Positions 15,060 through 28,040 of a DNA stretch of 64,000 nt are shown here, one piece after another; position 1 is the stretch's first letter; each line of letters opens with the position of its first letter. The DNA is from Dicyema japonicum (taxonomy: Eukaryota; Animalia; Dicyemida). Made by a program: the position numbers and the translations under genes. The notes under the pieces are model-generated. The model worked only from the letters and a program-made list of their open reading frames with translations. It ran no database searches and had not been told where the DNA came from. Location: NCBI GenBank assembly GCA_011109175.1, contig RDEW01000004.1, positions 334,030 to 398,029 on the forward strand. Direction: 5' to 3'.

Positions 15060-15560
15060 TTAATAGCAATGTCCGTGGAACCAGAAAAGTTAACTAGTTT
15101 GAGATTCCACTTTTGTCATGCATCTCTGGACACGCGCTGTAAGTCGTTTCCATCCTCCGCTCTTTCTCGCAACCGCCCTCAGATCATCAGATCCTCTGCT
15201 GTTTCCAGCTTTCTTCCTATGCAAGTGAGTTCTTTGTCGACGTCGATGCGTTGTTTTGATTAATATAGAGAAGTATGATTGCTTGGCCTGATTGGCCGGG
15301 GCCATTTCCGAAGCTCTTAGGATATGTCCAAAGAGTTGTCATTTCGCCCAAGTAACTTTATTCTCAATCTGTGTTGTTCGAGTGATTCTGTAGAGCTCGT
15401 TGAGACAGGTAATGTTTTTCAGTTATCGGATAAATTTCTAACAACCGTAGTTAACTCATCGATTATTTGTCAACAGTGTGTCGGAGAGGTTTGCAACAGA
15501 TCGATTGTTAATATTGGATGCTCCAAGATGACATCATATTATTATTATTGAACCAGAAAA
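15060..15560 (-). mobile_element. RTE-clade 3' fragment
   Basis: Minus-strand WAK*QLFGHILR and DDLRAVARKSGGWKRLT, homologous to the 44021-45121 RTE C-terminus. Confidence 0.6.
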
Positions 15561-17139
15561 CCACAGTCATATCCAAAATAAACAAAATTCAGGTGATCTC
15601 AGCCTCCCTCAACAGTATCCGCATCTTTTCTCGGTGTTCCGACTGCGTTCCTGTTCATTTCCGATATGGACGGGGTCCCATATTGAAAAATACCTTATCA
15701 ACAACATCATGCAAAGTGTAGTTTTAATCTTAATCACAACCCTTGTATAAATATATATTTTCATTGATTTCTTTATTTTCCCCGTTAAGGAGTACAATTC
15801 AAGAAGAGATAGATTAAAAATGTCATGTGACTCACCAATGCTGTGGTGACGTTGCACATATTGAAAAAATCTATAAACCCATTATTCCTTATTTGAAACG
15901 TGAATAGTGTCGTGCTTTTCTTTCCGGGTACATCGAACTCTTGATTATCTCCCAAATCAATATAAATGTGATCCGTACTAAAATCACTGATCATTTATTG
16001 TCTCATTGTGGGATATTGCTTTATTTCAAGAAATGAAACTCTCCCACAAAAACCCAACCTCAACTTTCCCAGATACTTGGTGTTTCGCAGAGACCGAAGA
16101 CTCGGAAGTGGTGGACACTGTAAGGAATCAGATGCAAGTCGAGGATTTATCGGATAGAATATCAGCTCTCAAATGTGTAAACTGTGGAAACGAAGAACAA
16201 AGGGCGAGCCAACTCAAGTGTTCACTCCATCAAAAAACTACGGACCGTACAACGGGGGAGAAAGCCTGTGCCCTTCCCTGGGAGGTAAATGATGCAACCA
16301 CAGTCCACCCTATTGTTAGGAACATTTCAGCAACAAATTATGATTAATTTATTTAATAACCTTGGACATATCGGAAAAGGTTGAGTTAACGCATAATTAA
16401 GGTATATTTAACCACAATCGAAATATAACGTATTCTGTCAAAGCATCACGTACATTCATATCTGCCACTGTGGGAACCAATCAGGTGGAATAGGAAAGAG
16501 ATAGACCCCCTTGGATGCGTTTCTTGACGTCGAATGACATAAGATTTGAAGAAGGCACAGAGCAGAACTGAATTCTTCGACCAGGTTTTTAACGGGTGAC
16601 CTTTGAGGCAATGATAATCAGCAAACATAATTTCTGACTTGATTAAAGGTTCTTGGTCTGAATAACTTGACTGGGAACCAGATCATCTACTGGGACTCAT
16701 ACACAACCGAAAATAAAGAAACATGTCCCCCTAACAATTAGTTGCCACAACTGTTTGTTTGGCTTACCTAAGTGAAGTCTTAAATAGCCAAAACACAACC
16801 TCTACAATAAGGCAATCATTACTAAAAGGATATCATTCTTACATGAAACCATAAGTGGATCTCCCATATTGCGACAATTTAGTGAACATTAATAGGAAAA
16901 ACGAATCCAGAAAATTGAATGTTCTTGGATAAGACTACTGAGCTTTGCTCCTCTTGCACTTAGCCTCTCCATCAATGAATCTACGAAAAATGACCTAGGC
17001 CAAACTGAACGTTCTGAAGGTGCTCATAAGTTCAACATTTCCTTGAAAATGAAGAACATTAAGACTATTTATGAACACAGCTTTACCAACATTCAACCCC
17101 CGCAAATATATAAACCCTCAGCCAAACCATCGCCCAATC

Positions 17140-19320
17140 CTGACAAACTCAAAGAAGGGTGAATCGAAAACTTCTCGAAGGTGATGTCCGAGCAGCTTTA
17201 CGCATGGCTGTTTCGGACGGTACAGTCCTTTCCCCGTCTCCGACTGTTCTTGAGTCGCTAAGGAGGAAATATCCAAACCCTCCGAACGACCTTTGCATAC
17301 ATACTCTTGAAACTACTCTGAAGATATCTACCAACGAGAGAGATATACGACTCGGGATTGCATCGTTTGCTGCCAATAGCGGCGGAAGACTGGATGGACT
17401 GCGTCCGACCCATCTGACGTATGTTCCTACAGCTGAGGCTAGACATAATCTCTTCAAGTCGATCACTATTCTTACCTACCGTATAATCAATGGGGATATT
17501 ACATTACACGCACGGGACCTTCTCTTCTCTGCCATCCTACTGGAATTCAAAAAGAGTCATGGAGGCGTCCGTCCCATTGCAGTTGGCAGCTATTTCCGAG
17601 GATTGGCTGCGAAAATTGTTTCCATGCTTGTCTCTCCAAGGATTAGTGAAGAATTATCCTCAATCCAACTGGTGTAAACGTACGTACCGAATCCGAAGCC
17701 TCAATGCGATGTTTCTTCTCACAAGAAAACCAAAATAATCCCTGTCTGGGATTAAAACTGGACATTACTAATGCCTTCAATTCGTTAAAAAGAGATCGTA
17801 TCATTGAAGTATGCAGCATGCGAGCACCTGAGGTCATTCCCAATGTCAATCTTCTATATAGATCAAATTCATCTCTGGTTTTCGGTGATAAGATCACCAA
17901 GTCGCAGTCCGGAGTACAGCAAGGAGACCCGTTAGGACCACTCTTTTTCGCATTGACGATCGATCAAGTCGTTCGTTCCGTCGATGCTGAATTCAATCTC
18001 TGGTATCTCGACGACGGAACAATTGGAGGGACATGGAGAAATATTTATAAAAATTTATCGCACTTGGTACCTGTTTTACATGATCTCGGTTTTGAGGTCA
18101 ACATAAAAAACCGGAGCTCATCAATGTTTCATACCTGGAAAACGATGGCCTCTGCATGATAGGTTATTACCGGGCATGTCTGTCGTCCCCCGTGACCAAG
18201 TCTATTTTCTCAGATGCCCACTCGACAATGCAGAACTACGGAAACACCATCAGTCCAAAGCGGAAGAGCTTTCCCTCTTTATGGAAAGACTTGCTATTCT
18301 GACTCCCACAAATTTTTTTTCCTCATGAGAAAAAGCTTTTGTCTGCCAAAATTGCAATACACTCCGCTGAGTTCCTTTTCTTTAGCCATCGAGATTTGCT
18401 ACTGAATCTGGATCAGACGTTAAGGCAAACAGTCGAGTCACTACTAAATATACGTTTTGACGAACTGGGTTGGACACAATGCAAACTTCCTTCAAGTCTC
18501 GGAGGAGTTGGCCTAAGATCGGCTTTAGAGATCGCCAGCATACCTATCGTCGCTTTCGAGCTGCAGTCATCTCGTCCTGGAAATCCTACGTTACCTTACT
18601 GGACTTTCCTTGGACGCACTATTCGACGAAACTTGCTTTCAGTGAAGGAAAGCAGGATTTCCAATCATATATGATGTCTCGAATCAGAACAAATGAGACG
18701 CAATTTCCTGCAAGGCTATCGATAGCCTAAAGAAAGAGTCGTCTGCCAGAAACAAGATGCCGTTGTGGAGGAACAGTTGACACCAAAAGACTACATCCTT
18801 TATCTTGCAAAGGAGTGGAGGTCGTTCACCTCGTCACGCCTCATTGAATAATCTTATTTTGAAAACCCTCGAGGAGCAAGCTTCCCAGCTCAACTTGAGC
18901 TTGTTGGACTGGATCGTGGCAAAAGGCCTGACGGAATGCTGCTTTTCCTATATTCACATAAAAAATCATTGGTCTGTGATGTAACCTGTGTGGATACTTA
19001 CTCCACTTTGCTCCTTCTGAGATCTGCTCATAAACCTGGATCTGCGGCCAACGCAGCAGAATCGGCAAGATCTAGAAGTACTCCGCCATTGGAGACCGAT
19101 ACCGATTCACATCGATGGCCATAGAAACGTCAGGAGTCGAAAATCTCTCACCAGCTTTTCTGAAAGAAATAGGAGGGAAACAAGCTAGCCGAAAAAAAAG
19201 TTTTGGTTAAGGCAACGAGTCCGGATTGCAGCATTACAGTGAAATGTATACTCAATCCTATTTGCAAAGGCTTAATTATTCTAATTTTTTAATAAAATTA
19301 TTCTTCATCAAAAAAAGAAA
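17140..19320 (+). mobile_element. CRE-clade non-LTR retrotransposon (RT plus restriction-like endonuclease), frameshifted
   Basis: GDVRAALR, GGVRPIAVG, LKLDITNAFNS, GVQQGDPLGP, WYLDDG, LGGVGLRSA, GKRPDG and CDVTCVDT. A-rich end at ~19310. Confidence 0.85.
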
Positions 19321-19489
19321 AATCTAATATTAAACAAATCGGTCAATTATAGATTTCTACAACCATGTCTCATAATTTAGCTGCTGCTTTAGGTAAAAAT
19401 ACGATTTGAGAAAAAGTATTCCCAATAACAATTTTCCGATTATTATGCTGACGGCTCATAACAGCAGCTACTTAATTGATTCATTAATT

Positions 19490-20480
19490 ACCCCGGATAC
19501 ACTGAGAAAGAAGTTAAAAACTAATTAAGTGTACCCAGTTCCACTGTTAGAGTCATTTAACGTCACACAAATTCATCCGGAACCAGCATAAAAGGTAAAA
19601 GACGTTCATTCCTTGCAGTAGTGGAACCCCTTCCAATTGAGTGGGGGAGAGCAAATGATTTTTTTTCATGCCAGCCTGCCATTGAGCACCACTTGAGACA
19701 GGTGGATCACACGACGCCACTTTAGTAGAAGGGGAAAAGGAGGAACCGACGAAAACATCTTCAATAGAAATCTTCAACTTCGAATGCCTTCAGTAACTTG
19801 TGCTTTGTCTCAGGCATGATAAGGGACTTTGGAGTTTCGGTACATCAGATACTTACATCCTTCGTATTCCTCTAGGACTCTTACTAACTCGCTACATACT
19901 TAGTATCAGACTTGGAATAATTCAAATCTAGTCCTATACTCTCAAAGAATTTTCTGGCACAGACCACCATGGAGTAGAGCTTCTCGGCTGTTCGAGCATA
20001 CATTTTTAGGTCATCGATAAAAAGAAGGTGATTTGTACTAAAAAAAACACCCTCACAATGAACTGGTATTTTCTCAAACCGATAATTGAGGCGATGACTC
20101 AATGATTCCAAATAAAGAACAAGGAGCAGTGGAGACATGCTATTCCCCTGAAAGATCCCCTTCTTAAGCTTTACTTCGCCTATTTGCTGCCTATTATAGT
20201 TCAGATGAATACTCCACTTATTCATCACAGCCACTACAAAGCTGATGAACCTCACAGGCATACACAGCTTTTGTAGGTACTCGACAAGGTAAGAATGATC
20301 AACTGAATCAAGAGCCTTCTTCACATCACCCATATTGACAAAAGTGAGTTTCCATGATACACAGAAAGGCACTTGTTGACCAAAGCTTGCACTTTTGCCC
20401 CCTGACAATTTCGACCAGTACCCAAATAATTATCGGAGAGAATTCCATTGACCTCTAATAAGCTCCTAACCTCATTAGCC
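19490..20480 (-). mobile_element. R4/Dong-like REL retrotransposon (RT piece joined to 3' end)
   Basis: DVKKALDSVDH, GIFQGNSMSPLL, NHLLFIDDLK. The 3' terminus at 19490-19640 is shared with 31825 and 46100. Confidence 0.7.
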
Positions 20481-20519
20481 ACCAAATTGGTCATCAGTAG
20501 GCAACCAGAAAATTGCAAT

Positions 20520-22620
20520 TTTTAAAATAAAAATTCAAATATATTGTCGTGTTGATTTTAGCCTATTGAGATTTTCCTCCTATTCTTGACTTTCACCTAT
20601 TGTTGATTCAGTGGAATATTATTCGAAAATTCATCGTCCAATTGCTCTGCCTGCAACGTGAGCAATTTGAGAAAGTTCGGAATTTCTTGTTCTGCCTGTG
20701 GAGGCTTCTTTCACCTTGGATGTTTGAAGCTTTCTCAGGCCTCCATCCGCGTCCTTGGGATATGACACTGCCGCTCGTGCCTTGGAATTGGCTGGGGGTT
20801 TCCTAATGATCATGCGAGTGCATACACCTCCGGAGAAGACCTTTCCCAATTGGATCCAGATTCGCTACTCAAACTTATCGATGAACGCCGTTCATCGAGG
20901 AGTATCCCGGTGAAGATCCCAAAAGCAGAACACCCTCTAGCTGTCGAAGCCTTAACCAAAGCAATCGACAATGCTCTCCACTCCGACTCTATAATCGACT
21001 GGGTACGTTTGTTTAATTTTGCTCTGTTCGCACTTGGCTCCCCCCGAGATCGCAATAAGAAACAGTCTCTCTCGATTGAACTGAAGAACAACATCCGCGC
21101 ATTTATGGATGGAACTCACTTTACGGACCTCCGCCTTTTTCATCCGTTCAACTGAGACTCGGAGTTCAACTAGGGAAACGGAGATTTTTCGCCTAAGAAG
21201 GACTGTACGATCAAAGTTGCTTGAAGGAGGAACCCGATCCATTTTTCACTCTCAGACGGACCACGCAATCCAACCGCTGATACTTACAAGATTCTATTGG
21301 AAGCATCCACCCTCTCCGAATGACCTACGTCACTGTTCGCCCCCATCAAAAGTGACCCCTTTGTTGACGTCGCCTGAGGATGTCATCATGGAACTTTGCA
21401 CCAAGCAGTAGTGGAGGTCTCGATGGCTTAAGGCCCGGTCATCTTAGAGACCTTATTTCACCGACTATTGGAGACCAAGCATTTCGTCTCTCCTTCTCAC
21501 TCACTTCTCTTATGAGCAGGATTTTATCTATTTGCCTGATTTGATACGACACATCTTGTTTTCGGCTAGTCTGATTGCAGTCGACAAGAAGGGAGTTGTA
21601 TCCGTTCGATGCGGTCGGATTCACCTTTAGTAGACTAGCAGCCAAGATTGTTTCCAGATTTTCTACGTCAATCTTGTCAAGATCCTTACTTCTAAGTCAA
21701 GTTAGAGTCGGAGTTCGTCTTGGAAGTGAGTCAGCCGCTGATTCCGTCAGGACATTCAGGAACCGCTGCATTCAAAACTTTAAAAGGCACATTATGGTAA
21801 AGCTGGACATCAAGAACGCTTTTAACAGTTTAAAAAAAAACTGCATTCTGGAGGCCTGCAAAAAAGATGTCTACATATTTGAACTGGTCAATTATTCATA
21901 CGGAAAGCCTACATCTCTATTACACGGGGATTTCATGGTTCCATCGTCCTCAGGTGTTCAACAGGGCGACCCCATCGGACCACTGCTGTTCTCCCTCGGA
22001 ATTGAGAGGATACGAAGCTTCTCGATGCCCACTCAACATCTGGTACCTCGATGATGCTGTCTTGGAGGTCCCTTGGAGATAGTCTTCTGGGAGTTGGAAG
22101 TACTTATCCCGCGTTGTCCGAGGTGGGTCTTGAATTGAATACAACGAAGTGTGAAATAACAAACTGTGGTCCTGCTGACGATGACTTCTCTTCAATTGTT
22201 CCAAAAGTTTACTCCTTGTTTCCTGGTGGGATTTTGACCCCTGAAAACGAATTGAATTTTCTTGGATCCCCGATCACTAGGAATGCGATGAAGCATGTCC
22301 TCCATGACAAAAAACAACTCCTATGAACAGATTACAGCTACTTGAATCACAGTCAGCGCTATGAAAAGAAGTCTTAACATTCAGAGAATCTCCTATTTAC
22401 TCAGGACAGCCCCATACTATTCCCAACTGGAGCAGCTTTAGCACTTTGATTTGTCTTTCCTCAGCTCGACGGAGCAAATATTTAATGTCAAATTCGAAAT
22501 GCTACATGGATGCAAGCTACACTCCCAGTTAGAGGGGGTATTGGAATTCATCGTACTTTGGACGTCTCACTTCCTGCACATCTGTCTTCACTCACGGCCT
22601 GCGAACTTTGGTCAGGAGAA
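20520..22620 (+). mobile_element. CRE-clade retrotransposon with N-terminal PHD finger, 3'-truncated
   Basis: C4HC3 pattern at 20643-20780 is in frame with IPVKIPKA (20850 ORF). Followed by KLDIKNAFNS, GVQQGDPIGP, WYLDD and LPVRGGIGI. Confidence 0.8.
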
Positions 22621-23435
22621 TTCTACACTCCCTACTCGAATTCTCAATTGACCAAACATAATCCACGCACGAGAAGCCTGGAATGCCACAACCAAACATC
22701 CAAAATACCATCCTTCTGTCTTATGCCGACGATCTCATAGTCGCAGCAAGACAACAAGACCATGAAGAAGCTGTGCGAAGGGTTCAGGAGACCCTCGACA
22801 TTATGAACCCATGGTTCCTCAAAACCCACATGAAAATATCCCCTGGGAAGTCGAGCACTGCGATTATCTTCTCCTACAGGAAACATACATCCTTCGATCC
22901 TAAATTAACTTGGAATGGAAAGCTTATCCCGGTTAATAAGAACCCATCAATTCTTGGAGTTACATATGTGGAAACAATAATTTCAAGAGTTCAATAAAAG
23001 ATGGGGATCCTTAAGACCTTTGCTAGATCTCCAATATCTTCACTTTCTCATATCAAATTATTATACAAACAGTATATTTTACCGACAATGGAACATGCAT
23101 GGTTACACCCTTGTCAATATCCACAAAGAACAAGTCAGAGGTCATACGAAACCAATGCCTCCGGATCCTTCCTAAATGTGACAGAATGACGCCTACGTCA
23201 GAAATGAGGAACACATTAGATCTCAAAAAAGTTATGGAACATCTCGGTGACGAACAACAAAAATTCTTGAAAAATAGTGCGATCTTCTGGTAGCCCCTTT
23301 GAAGATGAGTTTCTTGCCTACCAGAAGTATGCTCGCAAATTTGAGATCAAACCTTCCCCCTTTTGGACGATCATAAAAGATTGTAGACAAAGTCTAAACA
23401 AAGGAGGACGCACTGACACCGGGATCACTTAATTA
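22620..23435 (+). mobile_element. 5'-truncated Jockey-like LINE (RT C-half and 3' end)
   Basis: LLSYADD, NKNPSILGVTY, LYKQYILPTMEH; 3' motif gggatcacttaattag. Confidence 0.7.
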
Positions 23436-23439
23436 GACG

Positions 23440-23640
23440 ATAACTTTCTCCTCTTTCCTATGTTTCATACATCTATGTGATTTGCGTATGACAGTTACGC
23501 TGTCAAGATACTTGAGTTCTGAACCGGACTCGTCGCCTTACAGATGGGATCTGTTCGACAAGAATTGACTCTTGCTGAAAAGCCCATCTTTCGGATTCGA
23601 ACCCACGGCTGTCCTCAAACGTTACGTTCAGCCAGAAATC
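23440..23640 (-). mobile_element. Putative tRNA-derived SINE
   Basis: Minus-strand A-box-like TGGCTGAACG (~23625-23634) and B-box GGGTTCGAATCC (~23593-23604). No full cloverleaf. Confidence 0.4.
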
Positions 23641-23769
23641 ATCCTACAATATAAACAGTCAAACAGTAATGACAGCATCAGACTGAGCCTACCGAAGAAT
23701 AATTAATTTAATAATTAAAAAATAGCTTTATTAACAATATAAAGTGTATTTTATTAAAGTTTTAGTTTT

Positions 23770-25388
23770 TTAGACATGATTGATTACTTGACTTGGATTT
23801 TTTCCATTTAAATTACTGCGTTTTACCGCTTCAATGTTTTTGTTATTCTCAAGGGTATCGAACATAGCAGTGGACGACCTTAAAGACTTATCAGTTCCCT
23901 TCTCAATGAGAGACTTCTCCCGCTTGCCAGTTTCCACTTTACCGGGCTTCTTGAGCCTGTGACGCTGCAAAATTTTCTTTTTCCTGCGTTCCCGTTTCTT
24001 ATCAGTTTCCGATCTTTCGTCCTTTCCGAGAATTAAGCCACTTTTCCGTTTGTCCTGCAAAACCGTAAACCAATAACACCACCGTGATCTCTTCCGGAGC
24101 AAGGGCCCCAGCTTGAGCAGACTGAGCGGTAGGGACTTTCTCCTCCGAGTACAAAGCAGCCATATTGTTGACGATAACAGCGTCAGGCTGAGTCTAACGA
24201 ATATTTACAAGGAAACTCACACTGGCGGGGGAATAGTGGAAGCTGGAGAACGAATTCAGCTTGGAGAAGAGGGAATTAAGGGATGACCGGATTTCAGAAT
24301 GTAGTTTCTGCAGTCTCTGATCTGCTTCAACTTTGGCGAGATTCTACATAACCGAAATATAAAACCGACGAATTAGCACGTGACTCCTCGTAGATTTCAG
24401 CCAGACTTTTCTTGCTCTTTTCCTGGTCAACCATAGCCTCCTTTCTATACTCGGAAGGTTTCTCGACCTGCTTGACCTTCCGTTCAACGTCGTCAAAGGT
24501 CTAAAATGCGGAAAACTAATAGACCTTATTTTTGATTCTTTCAACAATTATCTCTTCGAGGGACTTGTTGGACTCCAATGTAACAGGGCGGCGCTATTAT
24601 AAAAAGTTAAAAAAATGACTTTAAAATAATTTAAAATTAATTATTATATTTCAATTACCTGGCACAGTGGAGTGGTCGAAGTTCAAGTTGTCCTCAATAA
24701 GTGAGTCCTTAGGACGCGAAGACGATGTTACTTCGCCAGTCATCTGCCACTTTTTGGGTTGGAGAGCCTTTTCTTCTAGCTCGTCAATTTTTTCAGCCAT
24801 CTTAGTTTTAAAAAACGAATCAACTTTTTTTTGCTGTTTTTGAAAGGAAGTGAGTTCGCTTTCGTCCTCCAAATCTCCCACGTGAGAGTCGTATAACATG
24901 TCCTCATCCTCAGAACTAAGGGCGACCTCCTTTTCAAAATCCTCAAAGTCCGCTTGTTCATCGTTTTCCTCAGAATTTTCCTCCTCCGTCAAATCTCCGT
25001 CAGAAAGTCAAGTTCAATCTGATCTTCCTCGAAAGAATCCTTGTCTGTTTTATGCCTTCTTATGACTTCCTCCACGGAATCGGACTCTTTTTCGTCTATT
25101 GGTTGAGGTTCCGTTGACTTTGCGGTAAAAAGGGACGAGTTGTTTATAAATAAAAGGGAAGGCAAAAATTCTCTGTTAGTGAGCTCGATTTGCTGCCATA
25201 TTTGTTCGTTGTCGAGTCCGTTAATATACAAGTCTGTTGGAAGACGTTTTAAAGTAGGGATGTCTGTTTTGTGGAAATTTTTGTATGAGGTTTTCAGTTC
25301 TTCCAATATCTCTGATGAAGATTCCCTAATATATTTATTTAGAATGCTACGGTATATTAGATAGTTCTCTGTTACTATGAATCAACAT
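23770..25388 (-). CDS. MPHOSPH10: U3 snoRNP protein MPP10, ~7 exons
   Basis: [69 protein letters not shown]. Introns of 25, 65, 24, 22, 27 and 28 nt. One base is missing at ~24995. Confidence 0.9.
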
Positions 25389-25499
25389 GGAAGATATATA
25401 ACAAAACGTGATAATATTTAAATTTATTTATTAATTTGAATTAATAATTAAATAATAAAAAATTAAATATTTATTTATTACAAAACAATCAAAATAATC

Positions 25500-25860
25500 C
25501 AGCTGATAGAATGGAATGGCTGTTTCCCGAGAACTGCCAGAGAAATCCTTTGGGATAACTATTCGGTTTCCCGATGCTCATTGTTAACTTTCAAAATCAT
25601 TGACTTAAGCGATCTTAGAAAAGAGTCCGTCTTGGGCCTGAAGACACGACTCGTTTTTACTACAATGAGCTGAACATAGAATCTTGTGGAGAGGCTGTCG
25701 TATTTTTTATCTTGAAATTATCGAAAGTAGCCTCCCCAACATTCAACACGGAACCAGCAAGTCTCGACAGAGAAAAAGTCTTGGTACAGGCCCCATTCTA
25801 TCTCCACGATCCAAATCCCTCGGTTCTAAAGACGGCAAAAATCTAGCCGCCTCAAAAACT
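25500..25860 (-). mobile_element. CRE 3' end (REL domain)
   Basis: Minus-strand LEPRDLDRGD, IKKYDSLSTRF and SQRISLAV(L)RGN. Confidence 0.7.
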
Positions 25861-25879
25861 TAATTAAATTATAAATTAA

Positions 25880-27370
25880 TCTACTTATTTATATATAGTT
25901 TTTTTGCGTTGCCGTTGTGAAGAATCGGTGCTCCTGCGACAATAGATATTACCTACCATCATGATATTGCCAATCTCTGGTGCAAGATATTTCGTGTCAA
26001 ATCTCTTTATAAAGATCAAGAAGCTATTGTTAGAACAGTGCATGGAGATACTGATTGGTTCAAAATTAATATAGGAGTAAGACAAGGATGCTTATTAAGT
26101 CTTGTCCCGTACGGGTTACCCATTCACTGCTGGTTACATTTCACCTGTCAATCTACTTGACTCGACTCATGTTGACTATTTTCAATTCTCCTGATCCTGC
26201 CTTAATCTGTGATAAAAAAATTAAATAAACCTCTATTCGGTTGTTTGACAAAATTTGAGTAATTTTACTTAGCACTTCATGTGGAGATTCAAATCGCTCA
26301 ACCTTAGCAATGGATTAGTACCATAATCCTTTAAAACTCGTATCTAGATTTATCACTAAAAATACCTCTTTTCTAATAGAAAAATCATACTTTGTTTGAT
26401 GAACGTTGTGTCCATCAGAAAAACAGCTGCTGAAGTCCGCATAGGGATTTAGTGTCTATCAGGTTTTCATAATTTCCGTCTCTGAGGTATAATCGACCAT
26501 CAATGACAATGAAATTCTCGGATTTTTTCATTAATTTGTATTTCGCCTGTCTTGAAGATGTCTGTAAAGGATCACCATTTAGAATGCTCACGATGGATTG
26601 ATATTCCATAATATTTTTGGACAAAGCCTATTATTATCATATAAAAAGATAAACATTTTATAGACCACCATGTTGAATATTTGTATATAACGGCAAAATA
26701 TATTATATTTGTCCGACACGATTAAAATGATCAAAGCCATATTAAGTATGACATCTGACACGTGGTTTGACAGTTGATTGACATATGACATTTAACTAGT
26801 TTGTGGACGACGGTCATCAATATTTATGCGGAATGATCATGACTAAATTGGATACTGTATCAAAAAATGGGATTAAAATTGGAGGCAGGAACATCAATAA
26901 ATTGGGCTATGCTGACGATATAACCTTACTGGCTGAAACAGAGGATGGCCTCAGGGAGTTGATTCTAAGATTCAGAGAAGAGAGCGCCATCTTTGGTTTA
27001 TCGCTAAATGTCAACAAGACCAAAATTATGACGACTGCTAATAATGTAACTAAAATTGGGAATGAGAAAATAGAGTTGCGATAATGCTGTCTTTCTGGGA
27101 TGTCTAATTAATCGGAATGGTGACGGAGGCTTGGAAATCAAGAGGCGAATTGGCATGAAGATCTCATGAGCTAATTTTCTCCACTCTCCACGATCCGTCG
27201 CAATTTGGAGTAGTCTTGATATAGGCCATTCCCGTGACGTCTTAGTAAGATAGCCACCGAGTCCTCGGTCGGCCAGGTTTTCTCTTCCCAGTAATCCAAG
27301 GGCGCCTTCCAGAGAATAAATAGAATTTGGAAAAGCAAAGATATTTGCTTAAGGACCAAATGCAGACTTT
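25880..27370 (+). mobile_element. RTE RT fragments, interrupted and partly inverted
   Basis: GDTDWFKINIGVRQGC (~26050), LGYADDITLLAE..LNVNKTKIM (26803-27084) and IWKSKDICLRTK (~27330). The segment 27165-27295 is the RTE 3' end in the opposite orientation. Confidence 0.7.
26400..26630 (-). mobile_element. Ginger/gypsy-integrase-like N-terminal fragment
   Basis: ILNGD..RQAKYKLMKKSENFIVIDGRLY resembles the N-terminus of Ginger-type integrase transposases. Confidence 0.35.
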
Positions 27371-27960
27371 TTGAGCAGACAATGTTATCAATTACGTTGT
27401 TCGTTCTGTCTTCGGGGATTTTTGAGTCCGGACCCGTTGCATTTTTGACAAGCGTCGTCAATGACTCATTCCAGAAAAGTCCAATAGTAATGAAGGACTT
27501 GCCGAATCTAATTGCTTCAGCACGAGAGAGACGATAGATATGCCGGGTGCGCAACCTCCAGCGCCGATCTTAGACCGACACCCCCAAATCCAGAGGAAAG
27601 CTTACATTGCTTCCAACCAAGTTCGTCGAAGCGGACGTTAATTAGTGACTCAACAGTTTGTTTGAGAGATTTCTCCATCGAAAGTGGACTGTCGTAGTGT
27701 TCGCAAAAGGGTGAACATCGGTAGATATAAAAACTTTGTTAGTCGATGTCAGGAAGAAGGTGTGAGTCGAGACATGACAACCTTTTCGCGAGGCGTGTTA
27801 GTTCTTCATTTTTGGAAAGTAGTTCTTCTTCGCTGAGTGGGCATCCGAGGAAATATAATTTATCAACTAGCACAGTCGGGATCCCGGGAAGCAGTTCGTT
27901 AAAAGACTCCTTGATAGGGAGAAAGTCGGTGTTTCCCGAAAACTGCCAGAGAAAATCCTT
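27370..27960 (-). mobile_element. CRE fragment(s)
   Basis: Minus-strand LYFLGCPL, RLSCLDSH and RSALEVAHPAYLSS, preceded by a short C-terminal RISLAV piece at 27930-27960. Confidence 0.7.
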
Positions 27961-27976
27961 AACCTAACCTAACCCT
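27958..27976. repeat. Telomere-like (TAACC)3 tract
   Basis: cttaacctaacctaaccct abuts the CRE fragment. Confidence 0.7.
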
Positions 27977-28040
27977 GTTTTTTTTGGATACGAGACATTT
28001 ATTAGCTCTGATTTTTATATAATTTTCAAATTTTTTAATT

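Noticed and set aside
23570-23640. Functional tRNA gene
   Set aside because: A B-box is present, but no acceptor stem or cloverleaf could be built. Treated as a SINE head.
25521-27960. ~30-bp direct repeat (25521-25550 and 27930-27960) that looked like a long TSD around a CRE element
   Set aside because: On the minus strand it encodes QRISLAV.RGN, the conserved CRE C-terminal motif, so these are two element fragments rather than a TSD.
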